From NCBI GenBank assembly GCA_965199855.1, contig OZ241326.1:2208001-2272000 (forward strand): a stretch of 64,000 nucleotides of DNA, given 5' to 3'. The notes under the pieces are model-generated. The model was given only the letters and a program-made list of their open reading frames with translations, was not told the DNA's origin and searched no databases. How positions within the stretch are numbered: position 1 is the stretch's first letter; every line of letters begins with the position of its first letter. Position numbers and translations under genes: made by a program. Shown here piece after piece: positions 1 through 15,191 of this stretch. The stretch comes from a bacterium (GTDB taxonomy: Bacteria > UBA8248).

Positions 1-343
1 CGGTGACGTTGACCTCGAAGCAGTCGAGCCACTCCTCGCGCGATACGTCCTCGCACGCCTTCGTGGGGCCGGCGACGCCCGAGTTGTTCACGAGGACGTC
101 GATGGTTCCGAATTCGGCGAGCGTCCTCTCCACGAGGCGCCGAATCGCCGCCTCGTCCGTGAGGTCGGTGGGGACGACGAGGGAGGCGCCCGCGGGCATC
201 TGGGCGGCGGCGGCCTCCAGGTTCCGCGCGGTGCGCGCGGCGAGGACGACCCGCGCCCCCTCGCGCGCGAACGCCAGGGCGATGGCCTTGCCGATTCCCT
301 GCCCCGCGCCGGTGATGACGGCGACCTTGTCCTTCAGGCGCAT
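1..343 (-). CDS. SDR family oxidoreductase (partial, runs off the window start)
   Basis: Manual translation from ATG at 343: MRLKDKVAVITGAGQGIGKA, with the TGxxxGIG Rossmann motif and a later LVNNSG. Not in the ORF track. Confidence 0.85.
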   Translation of the reverse strand, partial: MRLKDKVAVITGAGQGIGKAIALAFAREGARVVLAARTARNLEAAAAQMPAGASLVVPTDLTDEAAIRRLVERTLAEFGTIDVLVNNSGVAGPTKACEDVSREEWLDCFEVNVT

Positions 344-389
344 TCCATTCCTCCCCCTGCGGCGTCGGCGAGCCTCCGCGAACGGATGC

Positions 390-812
390 TCACGCCTGCC
401 TGGGCAGATCCTCCTTCGCGAACCAGAAGCCGAGCTCGAAGGCGGCGGTGTCGGGCGCGTCGGAGCCGTGCGTGGAGTTTCGCTCGACGCTCTCGCCGAA
501 CTCCGCGCGAATCGTCCCCGGCGCGGCCTCCGCCGGATTCGTGGCGCCCATGACGTCGCGCCAGCGCCGGATGGCGTCCTCGCGCTCGAGCGCCAGCACC
601 ACCGCGGGGCCCGAGGACATGAACGCCGTGAGGCTCTCGAAGAAGGGGCGCTCGCGGTGAACCGCGTAGAAGCCCTCCGCCTGGGGCTTCGACATGCGGA
701 CGAGCCTCATCCCCAGGATCGAGAAGCCCTCCTCCTCGATTCGCGCGAGAATCTTCCAGGACAGGCCGCGCCCGACGGCGTCGGGCTTGATCATCGCGAA
801 CGTGCGCTCCAT
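390..812 (-). CDS. ndk: Nucleoside diphosphate kinase
   Basis: [13 protein letters not shown]...GTIRA...NSTHGSD catalytic His motif. Confidence 0.97.
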   Translation of the reverse strand: MERTFAMIKPDAVGRGLSWKILARIEEEGFSILGMRLVRMSKPQAEGFYAVHRERPFFESLTAFMSSGPAVVLALEREDAIRRWRDVMGATNPAEAAPGTIRAEFGESVERNSTHGSDAPDTAAFELGFWFAKEDLPRQA

Positions 813-836
813 GCGTCTCCTCTCCCGTATGACGGC

Positions 837-1733
837 TCAGGCGCGGCCCAGCGCCCTGGCCATGGTGAGGCCCATGTCGGCCGGGCTTTCGGCGACGTGA
901 ACCCCGCATTCGCTCATCACCCGCATCTTCTCGGCGGCCGTCCCCTCGCCGCCCGAGATGATGGCGCCCGCGTGGCCCATCCGCCGGCCCGGGGGCGCCG
1001 TCTGGCCCGCGATGAAGCCCGCGAGCGGCTTCGTGACGTTCTCCTTCGCCCAGCGCGCCGCGTCCTGCTCGGCGGAGCCGCCGATCTCGCCGATCATGAT
1101 GATGGCCTCCGTTGCCGGGTCGGCCTCGAACATGGCGAGAAGGTCGATATACATCGCGCCGATGACGGGGTCGCCGCCGATGCCCACGCAGGTGGACTGC
1201 CCGAGGCCCTGCCCGGTGAGCTGGGCGACGACCTCATAGGTGAGCGTGCCGCTCTTCGAGATGACGCCGACGGAGCCCGCCTTGTGGATGTGGCCGGGCA
1301 TGATGCCCATCTTGCAGGCGCCGGGGGTGATGACGCCCGGGCAGTTGGGGCCGATGAGGACGGCGCCGCTCCCCTCCATGTGCCGCTTGACGTAGACCAT
1401 GTCGCGCACCGGAATGCCCTCGGTGATGCACACCACGAGGGGAACGCCGGCGTCCACGGCCTCCACGATGGCGTCCGCGGCGAAGGGCGGCGGCACGAAG
1501 ATGAGCGAGGCGTTCGCCCCCGTCGCGTCCGCCGCCTCCGCCACCGTGTCGAACACGGGCGCGTCCACAGCCTCCCGGCCGCCCTTGCCGGGCGTCACGC
1601 CGGCCACCACCGCGCCGCCTCCCCCCGCGAACTCACGGCTGTATTTCTGGCACTGCGCGGCGTGAAAGCCCCCCTCGCGCCCGGTGATGCCCTGCACGAG
1701 GACGCGCGTGTCCCTGTCGATCAGAATGCCCAA
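837..1733 (-). CDS. sucD: Succinyl-CoA ligase subunit alpha
   Basis: [25 protein letters not shown] phospho-His motif. Confidence 0.97.
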   Translation of the reverse strand: MGILIDRDTRVLVQGITGREGGFHAAQCQKYSREFAGGGGAVVAGVTPGKGGREAVDAPVFDTVAEAADATGANASLIFVPPPFAADAIVEAVDAGVPLVVCITEGIPVRDMVYVKRHMEGSGAVLIGPNCPGVITPGACKMGIMPGHIHKAGSVGVISKSGTLTYEVVAQLTGQGLGQSTCVGIGGDPVIGAMYIDLLAMFEADPATEAIIMIGEIGGSAEQDAARWAKENVTKPLAGFIAGQTAPPGRRMGHAGAIISGGEGTAAEKMRVMSECGVHVAESPADMGLTMARALGRA

Positions 1734-1744
1734 GCCCGAACCCC

Positions 1745-2905
1745 CTAGCGTTTAAGGGCCGCGACCACCTTGCCGGCGGCGTCGGCCATGCCGTCGCCCA
1801 CGGTGAAGTCGAGGCCCGAGCCTTCGAGTATCTCGCGCCCCTTCTCCACGTTCGTCCCCTCCATGCGGATGACGACGGGCGCGCTCACCTTCACGCTCCG
1901 GACCGCCTCCACCACGCCCTCGGCCAGAACGTCGCAGCGCAGGATGCCGCCGAAGATGTTGATGAAGACGGCCTTCACGCCGGGATCGTCCATCAGGATG
2001 CGGAAGGCGTTCTCCACCATCTCCCTGCTCGCGCCCCCGCCCACGTCCAGAAAGTTCGCCGGCGCGGCGCCCGCCAGCTTGATGATGTCCATGGTCGCCA
2101 TGGCCAGGCCCGCCCCGTTCACCATGCAGGCGACCGAGCCGTCGAGCTTGATGTAGTTCAGATTGTGGCGGGACGCCTCGACCTCGAGCGGGTCCTCCTC
2201 GTCCTCGTCGCGCATCGCCGCCGCCTCCTCGTGGCGGTAGAGCGCGTTGTCGTCGAGGTTCACCTTGGCGTCGAGCGCGAGGAGGCGGCCGTCCCTCGTC
2301 TGCACCAGGGGGTTGATTTCCACCAGGGAGGCGTCCATCTCGTCGTAGAAGCGGTAGAGGTTCGTGACGAAGCGGACGCCCTCCCGAACGAGGCCGGCGG
2401 GCAGGCCCAGCCCGTAGGCGGCGCGGCGCGCCGTCGAGGGCCAGACGGAGAGCGCCGGGTCCACCGGAATTTTCAGGAGTTTTTCGGGCGTTTTCGCGGC
2501 GACCTCCTCGATGTCCACCCCGCCCTCCGCGCTCGCCATGATGGTGGGGCGGCCCGAGGCGCGATCCAGCGTGACGCCGAGATACAGCTCGCGCTCGATC
2601 TCGCTCGCCTCCTCCACGAGCGCCTTCTTCACCAGGCGGCCGCCGGGGCCCGTCTGGTGCGTCACCAGCGTCATGCCGAGAATGTCCGCCGCCGCCGCCC
2701 GCGCCTCCGCCGGCGTCCCCGCCGCCTTGACGCCGCCGCCCTTGCCGCGCCCGCCGGCGTGAATCTGCGCCTTGACGACCACCGGCCCGCCCAGTTCGGA
2801 GGCGACCCTTTCGGCCTCCTCCGCCGTCTCGGCCACCTCGCCCCTGGGCACGGCCACGCCGTATTTCGCCAGCAGTTCCTTGGCCTGGTGCTCGTGGATG
2901 TTCAT
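1745..2905 (-). CDS. sucC: Succinyl-CoA ligase subunit beta
   Basis: [47 protein letters not shown]. Confidence 0.97.
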   Translation of the reverse strand: MNIHEHQAKELLAKYGVAVPRGEVAETAEEAERVASELGGPVVVKAQIHAGGRGKGGGVKAAGTPAEARAAAADILGMTLVTHQTGPGGRLVKKALVEEASEIERELYLGVTLDRASGRPTIMASAEGGVDIEEVAAKTPEKLLKIPVDPALSVWPSTARRAAYGLGLPAGLVREGVRFVTNLYRFYDEMDASLVEINPLVQTRDGRLLALDAKVNLDDNALYRHEEAAAMRDEDEEDPLEVEASRHNLNYIKLDGSVACMVNGAGLAMATMDIIKLAGAAPANFLDVGGGASREMVENAFRILMDDPGVKAVFINIFGGILRCDVLAEGVVEAVRSVKVSAPVVIRMEGTNVEKGREILEGSGLDFTVGDGMADAAGKVVAALKR

Positions 2906-2976
2906 CCAGCCTCCTCATCCGGAAGAGAAGCGAACCGCGCCGTCGGAGGGCGGCTCATCGCGCGCCGCAGCCCCTC

Positions 2977-3528
2977 TCATCCCTCTTTGGCGAACGCCTT
3001 CCAGCCCTCCGCGAAAATGTCGCGCCCCCGGCTGTCCACGGCGACCACGACGGGAAACCTCTCGACCACCAGCCGGCGAATCGCCTCGGTTCCCAAATCC
3101 TCGTAGGCGATGAGCTCGACCTGCCTGACGCGCCGCGCCAGCAGGGCGGCCGCGCCGCCGACGGCGGCGAAATAGACGGCGCCGTGCCGCGCGATGGCCT
3201 CGACCACCTCGGGGCTTCTGCCCCCCTTGCCTATCATGCCGGCGAGGCCGAGCTCCAGCATCCGGGGCGTATAGGCGTCCATCCGGCCGCTCGTCGTGGG
3301 CCCCGCCGAGCCGATGATCGCCCCGGGCCGGGGCGGCGTCGGCCCCACGTAGAAAATCACCTGCCCCCTGACCTCGATGGGGAGCACCTCCCCGCGCCCC
3401 GCCTCCTCCAGCATCCGCTTGTGCGCCGCGTCGCGCGCCGCGTAGAGGACGCCGCTCAGCTCGCACGCCTCCCCCATCTCCAGGGACTCCGCAACGCCCG
3501 CGCCCAGCGGCAGGTCGATGGCCCTCAT
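2977..3528 (-). CDS. Fe-S hydro-lyase (fumarate hydratase class I) beta subunit
   Basis: ARDAAHKR, GPTTSGRMD, IGKGG, DLGTEAI; TCA-cluster context. Confidence 0.9.
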   Translation of the reverse strand: MRAIDLPLGAGVAESLEMGEACELSGVLYAARDAAHKRMLEEAGRGEVLPIEVRGQVIFYVGPTPPRPGAIIGSAGPTTSGRMDAYTPRMLELGLAGMIGKGGRSPEVVEAIARHGAVYFAAVGGAAALLARRVRQVELIAYEDLGTEAIRRLVVERFPVVVAVDSRGRDIFAEGWKAFAKEG

Positions 3529-3529
3529 C

Positions 3530-4372
3530 CTAGAGCGCGGCCTCGGCGTGGCGATGCGCGTGGCACTCCACGTTCACGCAGATCGGCAGCGCCCCGATGT
3601 GGCAGGCGTAGGCTTCGACGTGGGCGGCGACGCAGGTAACCTCGCCGCCCATGCCCATCGGCCCCACGCCGGTCGCGTTCACCGCCTCCACGACGTCGCG
3701 CTCCAGCTCGGCGAGGAGCGAATCGGGGCTGGGCGCGCCCAGCTCCCGGAAGAGCGCCCATTTGGCCAGCAGCGCCGCCTTCTCGATCGAGCCGCCCAGG
3801 CCGATTCCCAGCAGAACGGGGGGGCAGGGATTGCCGCCCGACTCGAAGACGCGCTCGACGATCGTCCGGATGACGCCCTCGCGCCCGTCGGAGGGCTTGA
3901 GCATCCGCGCCATGCTCATGTTCTCGGCGCCCGTCCCCTTGGCGGCGAAGTAGAGCTTCAGGCGATCCCCGGCGACGACGCGGTAGTGGATGACGGCGGG
4001 CGTGTTGTCCTTCGTGTTCACGCGCCGGAGCGGGTCGTTCACCACCGAGCCGCGCAGGTAGCCGTCCCGGTAGCCCTGGCGAATCCCCTCGTTGATGGCG
4101 TCCTCCAGAAGCCCGCCCGTCACGCGGACGTCCTGCCCCAGCTCGACGAACACGATGGAGACGCCCGTGTCCTGGCAGTAGGGCACGCGCTCGGCGGAGG
4201 CGAGCGCCGCGTTCTCGGTGATCTGGTCGAGCACCATGAGGCCGAGGGCGGAGGTCTCGCGGCCCTTCGCCTCCTCGACCTTCGCCACGTAGGCGGGATC
4301 GACGCGGTAGTTCGACTCGATGGCCATCTCGCGGATCCTGGCCGTCACCTCGCCCGCGTCTATCGTTCGCAT
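3530..4372 (-). CDS. Fe-S hydro-lyase (fumarate hydratase class I) alpha subunit
   Basis: PYCQDTG, KGTGAENMS, GNPCPP, CHIGALP, CHAHRH; start trimmed to MRTIDAGEV (ATG 4372). Confidence 0.9.
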   Translation of the reverse strand: MRTIDAGEVTARIREMAIESNYRVDPAYVAKVEEAKGRETSALGLMVLDQITENAALASAERVPYCQDTGVSIVFVELGQDVRVTGGLLEDAINEGIRQGYRDGYLRGSVVNDPLRRVNTKDNTPAVIHYRVVAGDRLKLYFAAKGTGAENMSMARMLKPSDGREGVIRTIVERVFESGGNPCPPVLLGIGLGGSIEKAALLAKWALFRELGAPSPDSLLAELERDVVEAVNATGVGPMGMGGEVTCVAAHVEAYACHIGALPICVNVECHAHRHAEAAL

Positions 4373-4421
4373 GGCCCGCCCGTCCCCAAGGCGCTCGCCG
4401 CCCGCCGCGGAGGCGGCGCGC

Positions 4422-8166
<3,745 letters not shown>

Positions 8167-10299
8167 TCATGTCCCTCCCGCCTCGACGGCTTCAATGAAG
8201 CGGGCGAGCTCCTCGCCGATGCCTTCCAGCTCGTTATTGTCTGTCGGTCTCCCCGCGGCGTCATAGCCGATATCCCCGGCTACCGCCATGAATACCGGAG
8301 AATCGCCCAATACGCTTCGCTTTCGCTCCGCATATTCCCGCTCCATGGTTTCCCGGAGCGCATCGATTTTTCCCCGGCATTCGGCGCCGACCCGCTTTTT
8401 CCATTCCCTATAGTCTTCGGACAGGCTCAACGCTTTGCCTTCCAGCCCTTCCGGATTGTCAAAGCCTCTGAGTTCCTTGATCCGCCGCTTCTTCTCCGCG
8501 TCAATCTCCCGCAACTGCTCCGGAAAATCATGCTCTTCCCTGATTTCGTCCCGTATCTCCGCTTTCCGGTTGCGGATCTCGGCGGTTGCTTCCGAAGTCC
8601 GCTTTTTCAGGAACAGCACCGAGGTTTTCACCCCCGCCCCTTTCGCCTGAAACGCGGTTTGGGGCATGGACGCCACCGCCACGAGGCGGAAATTCTCCTC
8701 CATGCCCTCCCGCGCGTATTGGAGGCTGGAGTTGGTCAGGATGCCGTCGGGTATGACGATCGCCAGATAGCCTCCCTCGGCGAGAAACCTGTGGCATTGC
8801 TCGATAAACAGAATTTCGGAGCTCTGGCTGTCCCGGACTGTTTCCTTGCTCTTCGGGTTCAGCCAGTCGGCTTTCTTGAGCGCGTAATCGTAGTGGCGCA
8901 TGTAGGCTTGCTCGGTTCGCTTGATCTGGGAGCCGAACGGCGGATTCGTGATGATGAAGTGGAAGCGTCCGTAAACGAATCCGTTGTTTCTCGTGAGAGA
9001 AAAAATATCGTCAGCGGACATCAGCCCGTCGGCGGCGATCACGTTCGTATGGCCGTCATCGTGGAGAATCATGTTCATCTTGGCGGTTCTGGCGATTCGA
9101 TCGTTGATTTCGATGCCGAATATGTTTTTTTCCGCGAAGCTGCGCCAGTGCCTGTCATAGTCTCTTGATTCCGCCAGATCTGCTTCAAAATTCGGATAGT
9201 ATTCACTCGCCTGCCGCCTGACCTTGTCAAGCGCGTGAAGCAGAAACCCGCCGCTGCCGCAGGAGGTATCCAGAACCAGCGAGTCATTGGTTATCGGCAG
9301 CGCGTCCACGATGAACTTCACGATGGGGCGAGGGGTGAAGAACTGCCCGAACTCTCCACGAAAATAAGAACCCATGAAAGTTTCAAAGGCCTTGCCCCTG
9401 CTGTCCAGATCGGTTTTTCCAAAATCGACGCCTTCCAGATAGCCGACGACGGTGCGCAACTTTTCGCAGCCGAGGCGAATATCCTCCTGAAAGACTTCGG
9501 GGTCTTTTTGCCGCCCCTCGGCATACAGGGCGCGGACGCGCTTTTGCAGTCCCTTGTTCGTCTTGTCTTCCGTGCTTTCGGTGAACACCTGAAAATCGTA
9601 GGGTTCCCCCTTTCTCCTGGGCTTTTTCTCGTCCCACATTTTGCAGAAAATCAGCTTGTTCAACTCGTCGAAGGCTAGCGAGGGGTCGAGTTGCCCACCC
9701 CCCCAAAGCGCCTGATGCGCCTGTCTGAACCTTCTCGTCAGCGCGTCTTCCGTTATGGCTTCGAGCTCGAACAGCCTTTGTCCGTTGGCGGAACCCCCGC
9801 CCCGGGCGTATTTGAACCTGGCGAGCCGGCTGACGCCGTATTGCGGGATATCGGGAATGGGCAAGCGCTTCTTCGGCTCTTTTTCGGGAATCTCGAAGCA
9901 GGCGTCTTTTATTCGGGAGGTTACCCAGAAATACCTGGCCCGGACTGTTCCCGTGGCGGCGTAGCTGAAAGCCTGGGCGACGGCCTGCTCGAACTCGGCT
10001 TCGGAGACGTCCTCCGCCTTGCACTCGACGACGATATGGGCGGATTCACGCTCATCGTCGTTATAGACGATAATATCCGCCTCTCTGGTGTCCGCGCCGA
10101 TTTTTACCGGAACGAACTGCTCTATGCGCTCCGGGGCGTAGCGATAAACCAGAACCAGTTTGAGGAACGTCTCCGCCTGGACGGACTCTTCCGGCCGCGC
10201 GTAATTTCGCCTCTTGCCCTGGCGAACGTAGGTGATGTATTTCCCGTCGTCATCAAACGCGATCAAGCCTTTGTCTATTCCTTCGCGCAACAGATCCAT
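8167..10299 (-). CDS. N6-adenine DNA methyltransferase with N-terminal HsdR_N-like PD-(D/E)xK nuclease domain (type I-like/IIG R-M fusion)
   Basis: ADIIVY...VECK nuclease motif; GQFFTPR, DTSCGSGGFL (motif I), NPPFG (motif IV); lower GC than flanks. Confidence 0.9.
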   Translation of the reverse strand: MDLLREGIDKGLIAFDDDGKYITYVRQGKRRNYARPEESVQAETFLKLVLVYRYAPERIEQFVPVKIGADTREADIIVYNDDERESAHIVVECKAEDVSEAEFEQAVAQAFSYAATGTVRARYFWVTSRIKDACFEIPEKEPKKRLPIPDIPQYGVSRLARFKYARGGGSANGQRLFELEAITEDALTRRFRQAHQALWGGGQLDPSLAFDELNKLIFCKMWDEKKPRRKGEPYDFQVFTESTEDKTNKGLQKRVRALYAEGRQKDPEVFQEDIRLGCEKLRTVVGYLEGVDFGKTDLDSRGKAFETFMGSYFRGEFGQFFTPRPIVKFIVDALPITNDSLVLDTSCGSGGFLLHALDKVRRQASEYYPNFEADLAESRDYDRHWRSFAEKNIFGIEINDRIARTAKMNMILHDDGHTNVIAADGLMSADDIFSLTRNNGFVYGRFHFIITNPPFGSQIKRTEQAYMRHYDYALKKADWLNPKSKETVRDSQSSEILFIEQCHRFLAEGGYLAIVIPDGILTNSSLQYAREGMEENFRLVAVASMPQTAFQAKGAGVKTSVLFLKKRTSEATAEIRNRKAEIRDEIREEHDFPEQLREIDAEKKRRIKELRGFDNPEGLEGKALSLSEDYREWKKRVGAECRGKIDALRETMEREYAERKRSVLGDSPVFMAVAGDIGYDAAGRPTDNNELEGIGEELARFIEAVEAGGT

Positions 10300-10649
10300 T
10301 CGCTTCTCATTTTCAGGAGGGGCTCGACACTATACGGGGGACGGGAGGGCGGATTCGACCATGCCATGAAAGCGAACCCGGTCGCCCCTTCCATATCACG
10401 TTCGCGCGGCTGACGCCAACCCGATCGGCGGAAATTTTCGATTCCGATGGAGTTTCGCCCCTCGGCTGTGGTAGGGTGGCCGCGCGTCAGCGGGAGGCGC
10501 CGCCCTTGCTCTCGTCACAGCCGCTTCCCGGTTCTTCGCCCGCGAAACGGCGAACCGGCCCGAAAGGCCCGCCGCCCGCGCGCCGATGAGCAAAGTCCGC
10601 AGAATCAACCCGTTGCGCTCTCCTCCCCCGGCCCGAGGCACGGCCCGCC

Positions 10650-11480
10650 ATGACGCGCCCCGCCAGACGAAGGCTCGGCCAGCATTTCCTGCACGAGAAG
10701 AGGTATCTCTCGCAAATCATTGATTTGGCTGAAATCGCGCCTGGAGAGGACGTGCTGGAAATCGGCGTCGGCGAAGGGGCGCTCACGCGCTTCCTCCTTG
10801 ACGCGGGCGCGCGCGTCCACGGCGTGGAGATAGACGACGCGCTCATCCCCCCCCTGCGCTCCCTCGAAGCCGCCAGCGAGCGCTTCCGCCTGATTCACGC
10901 AGACGCCCTCGCCCTCGACTACGACGCGTTGCCCGCCAGGATGAAGGTGGCGGCGAACCTTCCCTACCAAATCGCATCAGGCATCATCCTGCAACTCATT
11001 GAAAAATATGAGAAATTTCCCTTCATGATCCTCATGGCGCAGCGCGAGGCGGGCGAGCGGATCTGCGCGGAGCCGGGCGGGAAGGACTACGGCGCGCTCA
11101 CCCTGCGGGTGGGCTACCGCTTCGAGGCGCGGCTGTGCGGGACGGTTCCTCCGGGGGCGTTCCGCCCCCCGCCCGGGGTGGATTCCGCCCTCGTCCGCCT
11201 CAAGGCGAGAGAAGCCCCCCAGGTGGAGGTGGGGGACGAGAGCCTCTATTTCCGGCTCATCCGGGCGGGCTTCGCCCACCGCAGAAAGACGCTGCTCAAC
11301 AATCTCAGGTCGCTGGATTCGGGCGGGCTTGAGAAAGGAGAGCGCCGGGGCTTGCGCCCGGAGGACTGGCGAGGTCTCCTCGAAGGGCTGGGAATCGACC
11401 CCGGAAGGCGCGCCGAGACCCTCTCGGCCGGCGAGTTCGCGCGAATCGCCCGCGCCGTCGAGTCGAGGGGGCGGCCTTGA
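10650..11480 (+). CDS. rsmA: 16S rRNA m6,2A dimethyltransferase
   Basis: LGQHFL, LEIGVGEGALT, ANLPYQI, FRPPPGVDSA, FAHRRKTL. Confidence 0.95.
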   Translation: MTRPARRRLGQHFLHEKRYLSQIIDLAEIAPGEDVLEIGVGEGALTRFLLDAGARVHGVEIDDALIPPLRSLEAASERFRLIHADALALDYDALPARMKVAANLPYQIASGIILQLIEKYEKFPFMILMAQREAGERICAEPGGKDYGALTLRVGYRFEARLCGTVPPGAFRPPPGVDSALVRLKAREAPQVEVGDESLYFRLIRAGFAHRRKTLLNNLRSLDSGGLEKGERRGLRPEDWRGLLEGLGIDPGRRAETLSAGEFARIARAVESRGRP

Positions 11481-12382
11481 GCGGCGGAATCCTGATCTAC
11501 CGCATGGGGGCGTTCGGGGACACGCTCCTGCTCGCGCCGCTGCTCGGACGCCTGCGGGAGGCGCGCCCGGGCGTTCGCCTCACCCTGGCGGCGAACCCCG
11601 CATACGCCGCTCCCCTGCTCGACGCGGGGCTGGCGGAGGAGATTCTGGACGGGGGCGCGCCTCCCTTTCATCTTCTCTATGACGGGCGGCCATCGGAGAA
11701 CGACGCGCTCGCCCGGCTCATCCGGCGGCATGACGCCTGCGTCTTCTACACCGCCGACCGCTCGGGAGAGCTGGCGAGGCGGCTGCGTTCATCGAGGCCG
11801 GAGAAATGCCGCGTCCACCCCCCTTTCCCGCCGGAGGGGGAGAGCGTTCACGTCTGCGCGTGGATGACGCGGGCGTGGCCCGGCCTGAGCGCGTCCGCGC
11901 CTGAAAGCATGAAGCTGACGCCTTCGGAAAACAGCCTGTCTGAGGCGGACAACCTATTGAAAAAAAATGGCTTGCGACCTTCCCGCTTCTTCATCCTCCA
12001 TCCCGGCGGAGGGGGCGAGAGAAAATGGCCGCCGCCCGACGTTCTCGCGGAGATGGGCCGCGCCCTCGCGCGCGAAACGGGGCATCAGCCGGTCGTGGCG
12101 GAAGGGCCGGCGGATTCGATCGCCAGCGAGAATTTCCAGAAGCTCCCGGGCGCGCCCCTGCCGGTCCTCAGGGAAACGCCGCCCGTCATCCTGGGCGCCC
12201 TGCTCTCGAGGTCGTCCGGGTATATCGGGGGCGATTCCGGCGTCTCCCATCTCGCCTCTCTCTACGCGCCGCGCGCCTCGATACTGTATGGCCCCCATTC
12301 CGACATGAGGGTCTGGCGACCGATAGGCTCCCGAACGCGCTGCCTGTCCTGGGAGGCGGAGCGGAGGAGCGCGTTCGGGTGA
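11477..12382 (+). CDS. Glycosyltransferase family 9 (heptosyltransferase-like)
   Basis: GAFGDTLL, LHPGGG..KWP, GGDSGVSHLA, LYGP...WRP. Confidence 0.85.
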   Translation: MSGGILIYRMGAFGDTLLLAPLLGRLREARPGVRLTLAANPAYAAPLLDAGLAEEILDGGAPPFHLLYDGRPSENDALARLIRRHDACVFYTADRSGELARRLRSSRPEKCRVHPPFPPEGESVHVCAWMTRAWPGLSASAPESMKLTPSENSLSEADNLLKKNGLRPSRFFILHPGGGGERKWPPPDVLAEMGRALARETGHQPVVAEGPADSIASENFQKLPGAPLPVLRETPPVILGALLSRSSGYIGGDSGVSHLASLYAPRASILYGPHSDMRVWRPIGSRTRCLSWEAERRSAFG

Positions 12383-12465
12383 CGGCGCGATCGGCGCGCG
12401 TCGGGAGATTTCCCGTCCCGCGGCGTTCATTCCGGCGGGGAGAGACTGCCGCGGCGCGGCGGGCC

Positions 12466-13176
12466 TCAGCCGAGGATGTTCGCCAGCCTGCCCCAGCGCG
12501 GCGAGCCCGAATCCCCGTTCCATGACCAGTAGATCATGAAGGCGGAGCCCCGAATCTTGTCGTCCCAGCAGGGCGCGGACCACAGCGAGCAGGGAAAGGG
12601 CAGGCCGAAGGAGTAATCCCAAAAGCGTATGGGGATGTGATCCGCGCGCTCGCCCACCTTCAGAAAGCCCCAGAAGCGGCTGTCCTGGCTGTTGTTGCGG
12701 TTGTCGCCCAGCATGAAGAGGTGGCCCGGCGGGACCTTGCGGGGGCCCCATTCGCTCTCGAGGCTCCCGGCGGCGCCGTTGGGCTTGAAGCGCGCGTATT
12801 TCTCCTCCAGCGGCTCGCAGTTTCGGGGCGCGTCCGGCGTCGCGCAGTTGATGAAGACCCTTTTTCCGCGAACCATCACCACCTCGCCCGGCAGCGCGAC
12901 CACCCGCTTGATGAAGTCCCGCCGCTCATCCTTGGGAAAGCGGAACACGATGATGTCCCCGCGCCTCGGCTTCCGCAGCCAGTAGATGAACTTGTTGACG
13001 AGTATGTGGTCTCCGACGAGGAGGGTGTTCTCCATGGAGCCGGAGGGTATCTTGAACGCCTGCACGACGAAGGCGCGCACGAACAGCGCCAGCAGCAGGG
13101 CGATGACGATCGCCTCGGCGTATTCCCGAAAAACGGATTTCGACTTTCGCCCGCGCCCCGCCTTCTCGTCCGACAC
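12466..13176 (-). CDS. lepB: Signal peptidase I
   Basis: IPSGSMENTL, FIKRVVALPG, GDNRNNSQDSRFWG; follows lepA. Confidence 0.95.
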   Translation of the reverse strand: MSDEKAGRGRKSKSVFREYAEAIVIALLLALFVRAFVVQAFKIPSGSMENTLLVGDHILVNKFIYWLRKPRRGDIIVFRFPKDERRDFIKRVVALPGEVVMVRGKRVFINCATPDAPRNCEPLEEKYARFKPNGAAGSLESEWGPRKVPPGHLFMLGDNRNNSQDSRFWGFLKVGERADHIPIRFWDYSFGLPFPCSLWSAPCWDDKIRGSAFMIYWSWNGDSGSPRWGRLANILG

Positions 13177-13180
13177 GCCC

Positions 13181-14983
13181 CTACTCCTTGCCCACGTCCA
13201 GAACCGCCATGAACGCCTCCTGGGGCACCTCGACGGTGCCGATGTTCTTCATGCGCTTCTTGCCCTCGCGCTGCTTTTCCAGCAACTTTCGCTTCCGCGT
13301 AATGTCGCCGCCGTAGCATTTCGCCGTAACGTCCTTCCGCAGCGCGCGAATCGTCTCCCGCGCGATCACCCGGTTGCCGACCGCCGCCTGAATGACCACC
13401 TCGAACATCTGCTTCGGGATGATCTCCTTCATCTTCCGCACCAGCGCGCGGCCGTGATAATAGGCCTTCTCCTTGTGGATGATGGTGGAAAACGGGTCGA
13501 TGGGCTGTCCGTTCAGCAGGACGTCCAGCTTCACCATCTCCGCCGGACGGTAGTCGAGGCGCTCGTAGTCGAAACTCGCGTATCCCCGGGAGGCGGACTT
13601 CAGCTTGTCGTAGAAATCGAAGAGTATCTCGCTGAAGGGCAGCTCATAGACGATCTGCACGGTATTCGTATCGATGTATTCCATGGAGCGCTGCGCGCCG
13701 CGCTTCTCCTGCGCCAGCCTGAGAACGCCGCCCACGTATTCGGCGGGCGCGAGGATGGTGCCCAGAATGAAGGGCTCCTCGATGGCCTCGATTCTCGACA
13801 GTTCGGGCAGCTTCGCGGGACTGTCGATTTCCGCGACCGTCGAATCGCTCAGCAGGACGCGGAAAATCACCGTCGGCGCCGTGATGATGAGCGTGAGGTC
13901 GTATTCGCGCTCGAGCCTCTCGCGGATGATCTCCATGTGCAGAAGCCCCAGGAACCCGCACCGGAAGCCGAACCCCAGAGCGACCGAGGTTTCCGGCTCG
14001 TAGGTGAAGGCCGAATCGTTGAGCCGGAGCTTCTCCAGCGCCGTCCTCAAGTCCTCATACTCGGCGCTGTCCGCCGCATACAGGCCGCTGTAGACCATCG
14101 CCTTCGGCTCCCGGAAGCCCTGAATGGCCTCGCGCGCGGGGTTTTTCGCCAGCGTGATGGTGTCGCCCACCCGGGTGTCGCTCACCTCCCGTATCGAAGC
14201 GGACAGGATGCCCACCTCGCCCGGCCCGATTTCCTCTCTCCTGATCTCGCGGGGCGTGAACGCGCCCAGACTCAGCACCTGGTATTCCTTGCCGGTGGCC
14301 ATGAAGCGGACGCCGTCGCCCTTGCGAATGGTTCCCTCGAACATGCGAAACAGCGGGATGGCGCCCTGGTAGGAATCATACCAGGAATCTATCACGAGCC
14401 CCCGCGGGGAGGCTTCCGGCTCTCCGCCCGGAGGCGGAATCCGCTCCACGATCGCCTCGAGGAGCGCGTCCACGCCCTCCCCCTGCTTCGCGCTCACCGT
14501 CAGGCACTCCTCCGCGGCGATGCCGATGACGTCCTCCACCTGCCGCATCACGCGATCGGGGTCGGCCGCCGGCAGGTCGATCTTGTTGATCACCGGTATG
14601 ATGACCAAGTCCTGCTCCAGCGCCAGATAGGCGTTCGCCATCGTCTGCGCCTGGATGCCCTGGGTGGCGTCAACGAGCAGCAGGGCGCCCTCGCAGGCCT
14701 GGAGGCTTCGGGAAACCTCGTAGCTGAAGTCCACGTGGCCGGGCGTATCGATGAGGTTGAAGACGTATTCCCCGCCCTTCGGCGACCTGTAGAGGATGCG
14801 GACCGTGGCCGCCTTGATGGTGATGCCCCGCTCCTGCTCCAGCGCCATCGAATCCAGCACCTGGGAGGACATCTCGCGCTCTGAAAGCGCTCCCGTCGTT
14901 TCGAGAATGCGATCCGCCAGGGTGGATTTTCCATGGTCGATATGCGCGATGATGGAAAAGTTTCTGATTCTCTCGATGCTCAC
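13181..14983 (-). CDS. lepA: Elongation factor 4
   Basis: [44 protein letters not shown]. Confidence 0.98.
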   Translation of the reverse strand: MSIERIRNFSIIAHIDHGKSTLADRILETTGALSEREMSSQVLDSMALEQERGITIKAATVRILYRSPKGGEYVFNLIDTPGHVDFSYEVSRSLQACEGALLLVDATQGIQAQTMANAYLALEQDLVIIPVINKIDLPAADPDRVMRQVEDVIGIAAEECLTVSAKQGEGVDALLEAIVERIPPPGGEPEASPRGLVIDSWYDSYQGAIPLFRMFEGTIRKGDGVRFMATGKEYQVLSLGAFTPREIRREEIGPGEVGILSASIREVSDTRVGDTITLAKNPAREAIQGFREPKAMVYSGLYAADSAEYEDLRTALEKLRLNDSAFTYEPETSVALGFGFRCGFLGLLHMEIIRERLEREYDLTLIITAPTVIFRVLLSDSTVAEIDSPAKLPELSRIEAIEEPFILGTILAPAEYVGGVLRLAQEKRGAQRSMEYIDTNTVQIVYELPFSEILFDFYDKLKSASRGYASFDYERLDYRPAEMVKLDVLLNGQPIDPFSTIIHKEKAYYHGRALVRKMKEIIPKQMFEVVIQAAVGNRVIARETIRALRKDVTAKCYGGDITRKRKLLEKQREGKKRMKNIGTVEVPQEAFMAVLDVGKE

Positions 14984-15191
14984 GGCCGGGAAAAATCTCT
15001 CAGGGAAGGCGAATGGCGCGAATGCCGGAACCGCGTGACGTCAGCTGAAAGCACCGCCCCTCACCTTCGGTTCCCGCGCGGATGACGAAAAGCGACGCCG
15101 AAAGAGGCGCTGAACCCCCCGGCATCGGGCGAACACGCTATATCAGACTTCTCCGCGCCCGGTCAAATGGATTGCCCCCCGGGAACGCGCG

